Shown: positions 22,360-33,424, counted from the first letter of the stretch. The stretch is DNA of 34,845 nt from Folioceros fuciformis (GCA_049999805.1 JBNGIO010006142.1:1-34845), one strand, 5' to 3'. Numbers and translations are program-made. The notes: generated by a model from the letters alone, not told the origin.

Positions 22360-22581
22360 GGCTAATCTCTCATACCAGGTAGTCTATACGGATCTACCGC
22401 TGCGACGAAGATAGCTGCATTTGTTTCGAACGTTCACCCCGAAGGGTTTTGGGTATTAAACCCTAGACAATCACCCTACTCGGAGTGGTGGCGAGAACAT
22501 TGCGGTAACGGATCCGCCGGTGATGCTCACGGCAGCCTGGTACCGTAGTGTCGGCAAACAGCATTTGGGACGAGGGATAGG
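22360..22581. promoter_or_regulatory. Short bidirectional promoter region containing a telo-box (AAACCCTA, 22458-22465)
   Basis: Only 222 bp separate the divergent ATGs. Telo-boxes are typical of plant translation-machinery gene promoters. Confidence 0.6.
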
Positions 22582-23775
22582 ATGGGAAGGTGCCGCCTAC
22601 TGCGCCGCTGCCTGTCCTCTCTTGAAGTGATTTTGTCGGACAGACGCTCTACAGCAGCTGCCGTCTCGGATTTTGGGTGGTGGCAAGGATTTGGAAGTTT
22701 GATCTCAGAGGAGGCCTCAGGTTCCGACTGGCAGGATTTTAAAGTAGAGGGAAGTGGCCGAACTTTGTCACAACAGGCTTGGCAACATACAATTTCCGAT
22801 CGGGAGTTGCCTCCGGATTCGCGTCTCTCGGCGTCCCCATTCCGTCGACCTGGCTGGTCTCCATCTGCTGATTATGGCTGGTCACAAAGTCCCTGCGGTT
22901 TGTCGGGGGCCACGCGGACTTGCTGCTTTCCCTCTTCCTATCAGCAGCTGAAGCATTTCTCGGACGCCGCAGTTAGTGAAGGCGCGGATAGGGAGCAGAG
23001 TAAGGAAACGGAAGGCGTAAGGATCACGGCTCCTCCGTCTGCAAAGGCCACGTCTGTAACCTCGTGGGCAGAGCAGGAAACCTGGCTTCGAAGAGACAAC
23101 GGGGATGCCAATGCTGTGGAAACTTCCACTTTTGAAGCCAGTCACTCTTCCTCAGTTCATGGCTGGACCAAAGGGGAAGTGTTGAACTGGCCGAACGGGA
23201 TCTCTTTGGCTCGGCTGATCTCGGGACCAGTCCTTGGCTGGATGATTGTAGAAGGATTCGCCTTGCCAGCGCTAGGAGGTCTAGTACTTTCAGGTGCCAG
23301 TGACTGGTTGGATGGATATGTTGCAAGGAAGACGGGGGTGAATTCGGTACTTGGCTCGTATCTGGATCCCCTTGCAGACAAAGTTCTCATCGGTAGTGTA
23401 GCCCTGGCAATGTCCTTCGCTGGTCTTCTACACCCTGCACTAGTTGGTTTCGTCCTAGCCAGAGATATCGCGCTGGTTGCTGGTGGATTTGTGTACAGAG
23501 CAGCTTCTCTGCAGTGGCGGTCGTCTGGTTGGGGTGAATTTTTCAAGATCAACAAGGGAGGCGCAGAACCGGTGCGGCCGCTGTTCATCAGCAAAGTGAA
23601 CACAGTGTTCCAGTTAGCGTTGGTAGCCACAGCCCTTGCTCAACCTGCCCTTGGGGTCCAGGACTCCTACTCGGCTGTCACTATTTTGAGCTGGACCGTG
23701 GTGGGAACCACGACGTTGTCGTGGTTTGCTTATGGCAGGCGTTACCTGCTCAGACTCCAAACCCGCAGCTTCTGA
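22582..23775 (+). CDS. CLS: Mitochondrial cardiolipin synthase (CMP-forming; CDP-alcohol phosphatidyltransferase), intronless, 397 aa
   Basis: Arg/Leu/Ser-rich presequence, LNWPNGISLARL, CDP-OH motif DWLDGYVAR....SVLGSYLDPLADK, and PLFISKVNTVFQL. Confidence 0.92.
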   Translation: MGRCRLLRRCLSSLEVILSDRRSTAAAVSDFGWWQGFGSLISEEASGSDWQDFKVEGSGRTLSQQAWQHTISDRELPPDSRLSASPFRRPGWSPSADYGWSQSPCGLSGATRTCCFPSSYQQLKHFSDAAVSEGADREQSKETEGVRITAPPSAKATSVTSWAEQETWLRRDNGDANAVETSTFEASHSSSVHGWTKGEVLNWPNGISLARLISGPVLGWMIVEGFALPALGGLVLSGASDWLDGYVARKTGVNSVLGSYLDPLADKVLIGSVALAMSFAGLLHPALVGFVLARDIALVAGGFVYRAASLQWRSSGWGEFFKINKGGAEPVRPLFISKVNTVFQLALVATALAQPALGVQDSYSAVTILSWTVVGTTTLSWFAYGRRYLLRLQTRSF

Positions 23776-23947
23776 AGCCACATTGTTGGTGGCCTAAATA
23801 TCTAGAATGCATTGAATCATGGACAACTGATGGATTGAGAGTTATCGAATGGTGGCTCACTTACGCAGAAATCGGGCAGTTCTCACCAACAGAAACCGTG
23901 TGGCCCCTGTATGGCGAACCTTGGGGTCACGGGTTTTTTTGGTTATA

Positions 23948-24191
23948 CCAGGTTGAGTCGGAGAAGAGTGCTCCGCCCAAGGGGCACTCCTCTCCGACTC
24001 AGAAGCACTCTCCGCCTCATGAGTACTCCTCTCCAAGAGTGTTGACTCAGGAGCACTCCTCTCCGACTCAGAAGCACTCCTCTCGGACTCAGAAGCACTC
24101 TCCGTCTCATGAGAACTCCTCTCCAAAAGTGTTGACTCAGGAGCACTCCTGTCCGACTCGTGGAGTAGCCCTCTCCACGAGCGTTCACTGG
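23948..24191. mobile_element. Putative non-autonomous DNA transposon (MITE-like) built of ~21-bp internal repeats
   Basis: Flanked as TA|CCAG ... CTGG|TA. Internal repeats of GAGCACTCCTCTCCGACTCAG, with the first copy inverted. Confidence 0.5.
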
Positions 24192-25978
24192 TATGTTAGT
24201 GGGTTTCGACTTGCTTCCAATTGCAAAGAATAAGAGGGCTATTGTAGCAAATGTCTTGACTTGAAGGCCGACGAAGAAAGTACCAGAATTAACAACGCGC
24301 TCTCATACATTTTACGAGACATGCATTTGCGCACGGGGTAGAGCTGGTTTCCCTTCCAGACTCATTTCGAGCTTGAAGACGCAAACTTGGGTTGGGTTCC
24401 CATGCTGGCTTAAAAATTGCCATATGATAGAAGGGGACAACGGATTTTCTTTGCCACACCCCAGACCAAACTAATAGAGACTCAATAAACTTTATGGGTC
24501 TATTTTTAGTACACTCACAATGACTGTCCTAATCTTCAAGGGCTACTCACAATGGGTTTCCTTTGCCACACCCCCCAACTACATTGGACCAAATATAGGG
24601 GTGTCAATGCACGAAGGAGTTAGCCTTCACCCTGGAAGAAGAACGAGCTCACCTACATGAATGTATCAAGAAACTTCATCAAGAATCATTGAAGATTGTG
24701 TGTTGTAGGGCACCAAGACCCCATGGCAACGAAGAAATCAAGAAGAGGATCCCTTGGGAAGGCCATTGGGAGCAAGACAGTGAAATAGATGTTGAAGATT
24801 CTAAATAAGAGGAGGTCTTGTGGGAATAGGAGGAAGAATTGGAGAAGGAAGCCACAAGACCTCGGAAGACAACATCCAGAAGATAGAGGAGAGGCAACCC
24901 CAGGGGAGTGTCCAATAGATGCACATACTGAAGGGAAACCTACAATAGGGATCCTTATGGAGGGCACACCTAAGGTAGGTAACCCTATGGCGCAGAGACC
25001 AACAAAGAAGAGCAAGGAGGTTTCAGTTTGTTGTGACAAGAGGAGAAGATGAGGTTGAGAAGGCCACCGCTTGAGCACTCATATGGTTAACAGTTAACCT
25101 TATTGACCACCCTTGTGCATGTGATCCAAGCATGACCAAAGCCCAATTCAGAGACAAGGGGGGACACAGCCGGAGTAAAGAGTTTGGCACGGAAGAATGT
25201 GGTCGCAAAACCTCAGTCACCTCACCGCCAAAGAGGAGGCCTTGGGCTGCCTGTAGTGACCACACTTATCCCACTATCATCGAGATGTTGGGTTTCGTTC
25301 CCACGAAGGAGCGACGGAGTTCTTCTCTTCCTCTTGTATGGATGGATGGATGGTCTACCTTTCTTGCTACCTCAACTCCCAAGTCAAGCCTATCATGTCC
25401 TGGCCCCTATGTCTTAGCCAGTCGAACAAACAGTAGGGTCAACTTTCTTGCTAACCCATATGCAAATCACTGTCATGACACCAAAGTGCTAGAACAGTTT
25501 AGCCTTTGTTTTTTTATTTAGATCAGCAAAATACTCCCTAAATGTTAACAAAACATTAAATAGAAAATAGGGCAGCTCACTCAAGAGCTGCCTTGCAGGA
25601 TGCTCGTGGGCTCACATCAAGAGTGTGAGCCCAACCTTGACATGATCACGCTAAGTGGAAGCTCTGCACAGAGATCGCCGTTGATACTTGAAACCGTCGA
25701 TAACGCTAACCATGGCGGCCAGCGTTAAACCCTGGGAAGGACACCGCAGAAGACAGTTGTTTTAATTGCAATGAGGGAGAGTGTCTCGAGGGGCAGGAGT
25801 GTTGTAAAGCTCATACATTTTATGTGTACATTGGCAGCTCTGGTGTGACTTACCCGACTCCATGCTGTCCAGCAACGATAGCCCATCAATAGTGGCATTG
25901 CTACAATGTCTAAGAAATCGCGTGTGAGTTGGTTTCATGTCATTTCGAAGACTGTCTGTGAAATATGAGGGCAACGGA

Positions 25979-26625
25979 TCACTTCAGTAAGTGGGTTGAG
26001 GCTGTCACGCTACCGGATAAAACATCTAGGAGCACCTCCCAAGCTTTCTTGTAGATTGTGCTTAGTCGTTTCGGCAGCTCTGCAGAATGCTTGACCGACC
26101 ACCAGCCGTGTGGCTTGGGTCGGAATTTCGAGGTAAATTCTAGGACTTGCTGGATGCAGCCCTAATCAACCACCGCAAGAAAAGCCGAGACCACCCCTAG
26201 GTGGATGATCCAGACCATCAAGAAGGGCTTGAGGAAGCTCTATCTGCAGATGCCCAAGGTGGAGTGGGACTTGGCTTTGCCGTATATCGTCATGGGGTAT
26301 AGGATGAGTAAGCATGCTTCCTTAGCACACTTCTCACTATACTTCCTGCTCTTCAGCAGTGAGCCCCTACCACCCACTGCTATTGCTAAACAGCAGTAGC
26401 AAGTAATGGATTTGGACAGTCCAGCTGTATGGGCTAAAGTCATTGAAAAGAGGGTTGCCTTGTTCAGACAAGTAATGTCTATCGCTATGGCAAATTTGCA
26501 CATAGCATAGCAAAGGGACACTCTTAGATATGCTTACATCAGGAGTGGGAGTTTTACGCCGAAGCTCAAGACGTTTCAATTTCAAGATTATGTGTATCTA
26601 CAACAGCAGACTAGTGACACACTGT
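25979..26625 (+). mobile_element. Ty3/Gypsy integrase relic
   Basis: HFSKWVEAVTLPDKTS, VLSRFGSSAECLTD, WDLALPYIVMGYRMS..ASL..FS.YFLLF, AMANL.IA*QRDTLRYA and DYVYLQ, with stops and deletions. Confidence 0.85.
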
Positions 26626-27092
26626 GGAGTGAGGAGAAGTGACCGGAGAAGGAGCTTTGGAGGCATGGCCTGATGTTTAAATGTTGATTGTTTGCACGCG
26701 TGCATGGCAAGGGTAGTGTGAGAGTTGACTTCACATGTACGATACGNNNNNNNNNNGTGAGAGCGCGAGGCTGCCCACGTGTCCGTGGCCGCACCTACAC
26801 CCATAAAAGCGCCTCCACAACAATCTAGAAACAAGTACACTTAGTGCACGGAACTTTAAATGAGGATTATACCTTCCTAGTTTCCATGTCGGGGCTTGAT
26901 TTGGAATAGGACTACACTTCTCTGGTTACGACGGTTGAGGCGGTAGTGGAGTGAAAGGTGAAAATATGTGAGGCGTGACTTGCAAGGTATGGTGGGACGG
27001 AGTGGTTCACTGAATATGGACATATGGGGATCGCGATAAATCGGACTTGGAACTCTCTTGCCTACCGCGCGTAGTACGTTTCACGGAGATCC

Positions 27093-28256
27093 ATGGGGAA
27101 GGTTACGTCGCTGGAAGCAGCATTCAAAGGCCTGAACATAGACTCAGAATTTGTGCTCGACGAAGAGCACCGACCCAAGGTAGCTGGGAGTGCCGTTCCA
27201 AAGGTGATCTTCTACGATGCTGCTGCTGTTCCAGTAATAGACATGGCACCCTTCTCCACCGTGAGCTCGGAAGATGGCAGGGAATTTGGGCCGATTCAGG
27301 ATACGTTGGTGCAGCAGCTGGTGGTGGAGGTGGGAAGGGCTTGCGAAGAGTGGGGCTTCTTCCAAGTGATCAACCATGGGGTGGCAGAAGAGCTTTTGGC
27401 CGGCCTCAAGCGCGAGTCAAAGGCTTTCTTCAATCAGGATCTGGAGGAGAAGCGGAAGGTGAGGAGAAGTTTTGCCAATCACTTGGGTTACTACGATGAA
27501 GAACGCACAAAAAACGTACGGGATTGGAAGGAGGTGTTCGATTACGCAGCTCGGGGGAGCCTGGAGCTGCCTGACATTCCGTTGGAGAGCGAGGAGGATA
27601 GCACAGCTACGACCGTTATTGCGAATCGCTGGCCGAATCGGCCAGAGGGATTCAGGGCGGCGTTGGAGAACTGGGGAGTGGCTGTGGAGGCACTAGCATT
27701 TAAGCTACTGGCACTGATTGCTCTCAGCCTTGGCCTGTCACCCCAGAAATTTCATATCTTCTACGAGCATCACACTGCCTACATACGGTTGAACCATTAC
27801 CCCAAGTGCCCAGCACCTGATCTGGCCCTCGGAGTGAGCAGGCACAAGGATTCCGGCGCTCTGACAGTGCTGGTGCAGGACGAAACCGGAGGCCTGCAGG
27901 TGAAGAGGAAGGATGGGGAATGGATTGATGTGAAGCCACGTGGCGATGCCTTCGTAGTCAATGTGGGAGACTGCTTCCAGGTTTGGTCCAATGACAAATA
28001 CAAAAGCGTGGAGCATCGAGCTGTAGTGCATTCCGACAAGGAACGTTATTCCTTCCCCCTCTTTTTCAATCCTCATCACTCGACGGACATCCAGCCAATC
28101 CCAGAGCTGCTGGATGCGGAGCATCCTCCGCGCTACAGCAAGTTCAACTTTGGGCGGTACAGGAAGAGCCGGGCGAACACGAATTTCAAGGTTATCGAAA
28201 ATAGCATAGGACATAGCATCCCTAACATCCAGATATCCGCCTTTGCTATCTCTTGA
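27093..28256 (+). CDS. 2-oxoglutarate/Fe(II)-dependent dioxygenase (DOXC class, At3g19000/At3g19010-like), intronless, 387 aa
   Basis: DIOX_N region (ACEEWGFFQVINHGV), GYYD.E.TKNVRDWKEVFD, RLNHYP.CP, HxD (HKD), distal His (VEHRA) and RxS (RYS). Confidence 0.96.
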   Translation: MGKVTSLEAAFKGLNIDSEFVLDEEHRPKVAGSAVPKVIFYDAAAVPVIDMAPFSTVSSEDGREFGPIQDTLVQQLVVEVGRACEEWGFFQVINHGVAEELLAGLKRESKAFFNQDLEEKRKVRRSFANHLGYYDEERTKNVRDWKEVFDYAARGSLELPDIPLESEEDSTATTVIANRWPNRPEGFRAALENWGVAVEALAFKLLALIALSLGLSPQKFHIFYEHHTAYIRLNHYPKCPAPDLALGVSRHKDSGALTVLVQDETGGLQVKRKDGEWIDVKPRGDAFVVNVGDCFQVWSNDKYKSVEHRAVVHSDKERYSFPLFFNPHHSTDIQPIPELLDAEHPPRYSKFNFGRYRKSRANTNFKVIENSIGHSIPNIQISAFAIS

Positions 28257-28406
28257 TATGTACGGTTTGTCATCACTTGATATGTAACGTGTGGCACTGC
28301 TGGAAGAGCAGAAGACTATCCTCACCCCATACAATAAACTGGAACTGGAAATGTGTTTCAAATACAATTGCTGTGTCACGCCAATAAATTACAGATTACA
28401 GGCCTT

Positions 28407-29930
28407 TCAAGTTGCAGCCGTTTCGAACAGTCCTGAGTCCTGAGCTTGAAGGACAGCATGCCGGAGGATAGATATGGTTTGTTTGGGATCCTTTGACCCA
28501 AAGACTGAACTACCAGCAACTATGCAGTTCGCTCCAGCAGAAGCCGCTTGCTCAATTGTGGATGGACCAAGGCCACCATCAACCTACAATGTTGTACCCG
28601 CGTGGTTAGTGAAACACAAGCCTGCTCGTTTCCAGCAACTACTAGAAAGTATACAGAATACCTCGATGTCCAGGGATGGGTATTTCGAACGGAGATCCCG
28701 AACCTACGCAATATCAACCATTAAAAGGGCTAAGCATACAAAGACATCTGTCAGCTTTTGAAGCTTGTGTGTACAATCCAGTTCTTGAGCAGATGGCTCA
28801 CTGACCTTAGCCATTATTTCGGGTATGAACTTCTGACCACCGAAACCTGGTTCTACAGTCATGACGAGCACCATATCCACACCTGCATCATCGATCTAGG
28901 CATCAAACCGATAAACTTCAGCTTTATGAATAACTTAATGTGGGCTAGGCTGAGCTCAAATATTATCACAACGCCTCAAAAGGCAAGGAAACAATAGATT
29001 GAAAGTCTGGAAAATTACCAAAGGATAGACATCCTCAACAGGAGTACCAGGCCGCAATGCCACTCCAGACTTCATGTTCGAGGCTTTGATCTTCTTCACC
29101 AATTCTTGCCAATCGTCTGAGGGATGGCCACTCTTCACACCTTAAAAGCCAGGCATCTAACATGAAACGAGAACTAGAAATTTATCATCTCAATCACCTC
29201 GGGCTGCCTCAATGTGAAACGTGAAGGACGAAGCCCCTGCCTTCGCAAACGGCTCTACATAATCTAGAGGATTTGTAACCATCAAGTGGCAGTCCAAAAA
29301 CGCTCTGCAATAATTAGAGAGAGACTCTCATCTGAGCTCTGGAAAAAGTGGCAACTTCTTGAAACAGGTGAGCCAATTCCAAAACACTTACTCAGTATGC
29401 TTTCTCAGAGACTGAATGACAGGAGCTCCCAGAGTTAGATTCGGCACAAAGTGCCTGCATGCCATTAAACTTCACAGATGAAAGGGAAACGAATTCGTAA
29501 CATGCAGGAACCAGCTGGTGCAGAGTAAGTTTAGCCCACAACAAGAAAGGCAATGCTCGCATCAAATCTCAAAGACAGAGAATTCGTTTTGAAGCGCTTG
29601 AACAGGACTCAGACGTGAGATCCCGTCAGCAATGAATGGAATAGGGATCGTTGCAATTACCCATCCTGCAACATCAACCCATCATCTCATTAGCACCATA
29701 CCAACCTGGAAACAGCAGACTACTAATCAAAGACCTACCAAACCAGTGTCCCCAATTCAATGCAAACAAACCCCTCCTATCGCCCATACCATGACGTCCA
29801 TGTGCAGCCAATCCGCTCCACAGTCTATCATGAACTTAGCCTCCGATGCGAGGTTGGCAAAGTCGGAGGAGAGCATGGAGGGTGCGATTTTCGGAACCGG
29901 CAACACGCCATCTCCAGCAAATCTCCCCAT
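28407..29930 (-). CDS. RPE: Cytosolic ribulose-phosphate 3-epimerase. Exons 29930-29790, 29665-29661, 29454-29392, 29304-29198, 29116-29019, 28895-28806, 28703-28662, 28583-28407; 240 aa
   Basis: [52 protein letters not shown] and [12 protein letters not shown]. All introns are GT-AG; exons total 723 nt. Confidence 0.96.
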
Positions 29931-30428
29931 CGCAAGTAATCCCACTACCGACAAGCCCTCGGTATCTGACCAACGGCAGATTCAGCCGGCTGCCTGGATT
30001 GCGCACTTCTGCAGACAAAACAGACACAGGCCAGTCTACAGCTGAAGTGTGAATCAAGTCGAGTACCACCTTAAACGTCATGTGGCCCGCAGAAAGGAGA
30101 TGGATCTGTACACGTGCCTCCTAGGTGGCATTCCCGTACCTCTATCACAACGGCTAACGCTTTAGCTGACGGCGAGGAAAAATTGCCAAGGAAGACAGAA
30201 ACCCGTCGTTGCACGCAACGCTCAGTCTTTCTTTTGTAAGCTTTTAGGAATAGTTCCCAGCCCAAGGCAAAGTGCTTGAGGGTTTGGAGCTATACGAGCT
30301 GGTGGGGGTTCAGGATGCACAAATCCTAGAGAAGCTCCGCTGGCCAGCACACGAATCCCAGGTAGGTAGCTTATTCGCACCTTGTTACCGTGCCCATCGG
30401 CTCTGCCATCAAAGTTGTTTCCCTTAGT

Positions 30429-31420
30429 TGTTATTAACTAAATGTAGAATCGACTATATAGTATGAGAAACGCCCCCTTCCTTACGCAGCGTAAAGCAAC
30501 GGCCTCGTATCTCGTCTTTCATTCCTCAGCGCTTTGCTTACAAATTACTCAACTCCCTCTCACACGACTCGAGTAGCCTGCCGTCCACGACGACTCGCAG
30601 ACCACCTCTGCTCTTTATTTAAGATACTTATAAAAAGAGTCTCCTGATCTACGCGGTAGTCTGCCTGCCGTCCGCTGACAACTCGCAATCCATCTCCTCT
30701 GGATGCTTACAAAAGAGATAGCCACAAAAGAGTCTTGCGATCTACACAAGCTTGATCTTCAAGTCCTCCACATCTATCTCTCAACACTAGACTTCTTATT
30801 GTCTACCTCTCTGTCTTCTCAAGGCCTTAGCATTGGCCTATTTATACTCCAAAGCTAAAGCCACTGCTGAAGCTAGGAATGATACACACCACTATCTCAT
30901 AATATTAGTGATCATTACAATTCCATCCTTCTTAAGAGATTTTGCCTGGAACACATATCTTGTTTCCAAAGGAAGCAAGAAGCAAATACTTGCTTCTTAA
31001 TCAAGATAGCTCTAGATTTAGCTTTCACCTTTCTACTTTTAACTTTCATATTGTTTCACTTGTGCTATTACTCTTTCCCCCACTAAGAAGACCTTTTCAT
31101 AAGCTGTTGCCAAATTCTGCTGTGAATCTGGGATCTCTATCACTCACAACTTACATGGGCAATTCATATAACACATAGATATGCTTCTTAAGCAATTGAG
31201 CAACTTCTGAAGCCTTCACTCGCTTCTTCGTGGGGATAAAGTGTGCTTGCTTACTGAACCTATTAACAACTTTCATGATTGTTGTGTATCCATTACTGGA
31301 TAGCAATGACATAACAAAATCCATTGATATACTCTTCCAAGGCCCACTTGTAATAGGCAAGAAATTTGCAAGGAGGGGAATGTCATGTCTCCCTTTTAAA
31401 GAGGGTAGACCTTCTTGACA
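30429..31420 (-). mobile_element. Truncated Ty3/Gypsy relic: integrase fragment (about 31150-31420), PPT (30920-30933) and probable 3' LTR (30919-30429)
   Basis: GPWKSISMDFV.SL..SNGY.TIM.VVNRFSKQAHFIPT. On the minus strand AAGAAGGATGGAAT precedes TGTAATG...ATAACA, with an internal TATAAATA. The far LTR boundary is less certain. Confidence 0.75.
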
Positions 31421-32473
31421 AAATCAGCACCTTACACAAAACATCCAAAACCGTTGGTCCCTACTGGTCTAATCCTTATCCTTGTTATCTCATAGGAGGA
31501 AACTGAGTTTTCTATAAGTCTAATGGCTAGCGATGGGCGAGGACGCCGGCCAGCCTGTGCTCTTTGAGTACAATGAACCATATCTAATATAGAACACATG
31601 AAAGTTGTAAGGGGGGCAATGTATTACCCCCTACGATGGATGGCAAGCCTTCTTGTTCATTTGGAGGATGGTGGCACATGGTTTATGAAACCGCTTATAC
31701 TCCAAAGCTTGATACCCTAGCAAGTAATTGAAGATATTTGTGAAAATGATGTACAATTTTGTTGAAAAGGTTACCAGGGTGCCGACCAGCCAACGCTCAG
31801 TTTCAGGTTCCACTTTTCAACAAAACTTTACTTGGAGGGTAAAACTGAAGTCACATAATGCACATGAATAGGTCTCTTTTGAAAACTAGAAACATCACCC
31901 ATATACCTTATATATTCATAAAAAGGAACACAAAAATATATCTAGTTATTGATATGTAGGCTAGACACATCTTCGTTCTCCGGAGCCATAAAGTCTAGGA
32001 CAACAACCACATCTGGCAAAAGGTTCTTATCTTCTTGTTCCAAGTTATCTACTTCTTCTAGAGCTTACAAGTCCTCCAAATAGCTGGTGCCTTGCTCTCT
32101 TGTTCCCCATGAAGAGGCCAGGCTGGTTTGTCCTTTCTCCATTGCTTTAGTTGCACTTCTTCTCCTCCTACCATTTTTTAATGGATCTATCTTTGCTTTC
32201 ATGTAGTCCACCCCGTTGATGCACACTTTGAATTTCTTAGCCTAAGACACATACAAACCTCTGCAATGAAGCTTGAGGTCCTTCCAATTGTTCACTTGGT
32301 ATATAAAATGCTAGAAGTCTTTAGGGAGATGTGAGAGGTTGTCCATGAGTTTTAATTGCTGCACAAACAGGAAGGAAACAATAGTTTTTACGTTTAAAAG
32401 AGTCCATAAAAATGCTTGTTTGTAGCAAAATAAAAATTGGGGGGCAACAGTCGACTAGCACTCTCATTGCTTA

Positions 32474-32683
32474 GGCTCTCACGGCTTGGTGAAAAGGGGA
32501 GGGGAGTAAAGGCGCCGTCACTGCTTGAGCTTTCACTCCTTGGTAAAAAGAGGAGGTGAGGGGAGTGAGGGCGCTAGCCAACTAGCACCCGTTCTACTTG
32601 GGCTCTCACACCTTGGTAAATAGAGGAGGTGAGGGAATTAAGGGCACCGGCCGACGCCCTTACTTCCCTCACCCTCACTTTTT
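32474..32683. repeat. Three imperfect ~55-75-bp tandem units ending in a 17-bp hairpin
   Basis: CT(C/T)TCAC..CTTGGT.AA.AG.GGAG..GAG...AGGGC occurs three times; stem arms at 32629-32645 and 32656-32672. Confidence 0.7.
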
Positions 32684-33097
32684 TGTCCTATGTACGAAAA
32701 GGGCACTTAAAACTCTATATCACTAGACCCCCATCCTAGTACTGATCCGCATAGAAGATCATAAGATTTGTTGATACAATATGTGTGGCAAACATTGATT
32801 AGAACCTTGTCAAGTGCTATGTTCAGGAGGCAATCAAAACATGTGCCATCTTCACTGACTTTTGGTTAATGTATAGAGCATTTCTATGTAACCTATTTTT
32901 GAGGCTTCATTTTCCCTTAATAAAAATCTGATCGGGACCACTGCACGTGCGAGCACATCACACCAATTGCCTCATTATAGCTGTCAAGAAGACAACCCCA
33001 ACCCTACTCCTTAGTCTCGTTGCCCTTTCTCAGTTTAATGGCATATGCACATAAAGGGCTACCCACCCCACGTTTGGTGGCCCAACCTTGCTGTATG

Positions 33098-33424
33098 TGT
33101 AGGATCACTAGAGGAGCATGGTGGAGGAGAGGAGAAGAGGAGGCAGAGAGGAGAGGAGAAAAAGAGGTCACATTGAGAGTAGTTGGCAAGGGAGCTTAAG
33201 GGGGTATTTATACCCTCTAGAAGAGCTCCCTAGGAAGCTTCACAAGAAGCTCACAGGAAGCTACGCAAGAAGCTTCCTACAGATTAGCTTAAGCTAATCT
33301 AAACTAATGATACTTAACTAGACACTAATCTTAGACTAAACACATTAGTCTAAGCACATTAACTAGACACTAATCTTAGACTAAACACATTAGCCTAAGC
33401 ACATTGGGCTTTAATAACCCTACA
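33098..33424 (-). repeat. 3' LTR of Copia element 2
   Basis: 6-bp terminal inverted repeat TGTAGG/CCTACA, minus-strand TATAAATA at 33205-33212, and position directly after the PPT. Confidence 0.8.

Noticed and set aside
23721..24233. 170-aa ORF with HSSPTQK repeats; also considered as a CRISPR-like array
   Set aside because: It is a translation of the repeat element. There are no unique spacers or cas genes, and the context is eukaryotic.
24600..25520. Short ORFs in purine-rich DNA
   Set aside because: Stop-interrupted with no recognisable domain; probably transposon debris that I cannot classify.
17175..28256. Hydrolase, RFC3, CLS and 2OGD as a lipid or metabolic gene cluster
   Set aside because: The products act in different compartments with no coherent pathway; proximity is expected in a compact genome.
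30399..30411. GGCTCTGCCATCA as a degenerate minus-strand PBS
   Set aside because: Several mismatches to the tRNA-Met PBS and no retroelement coding sequence follows it.
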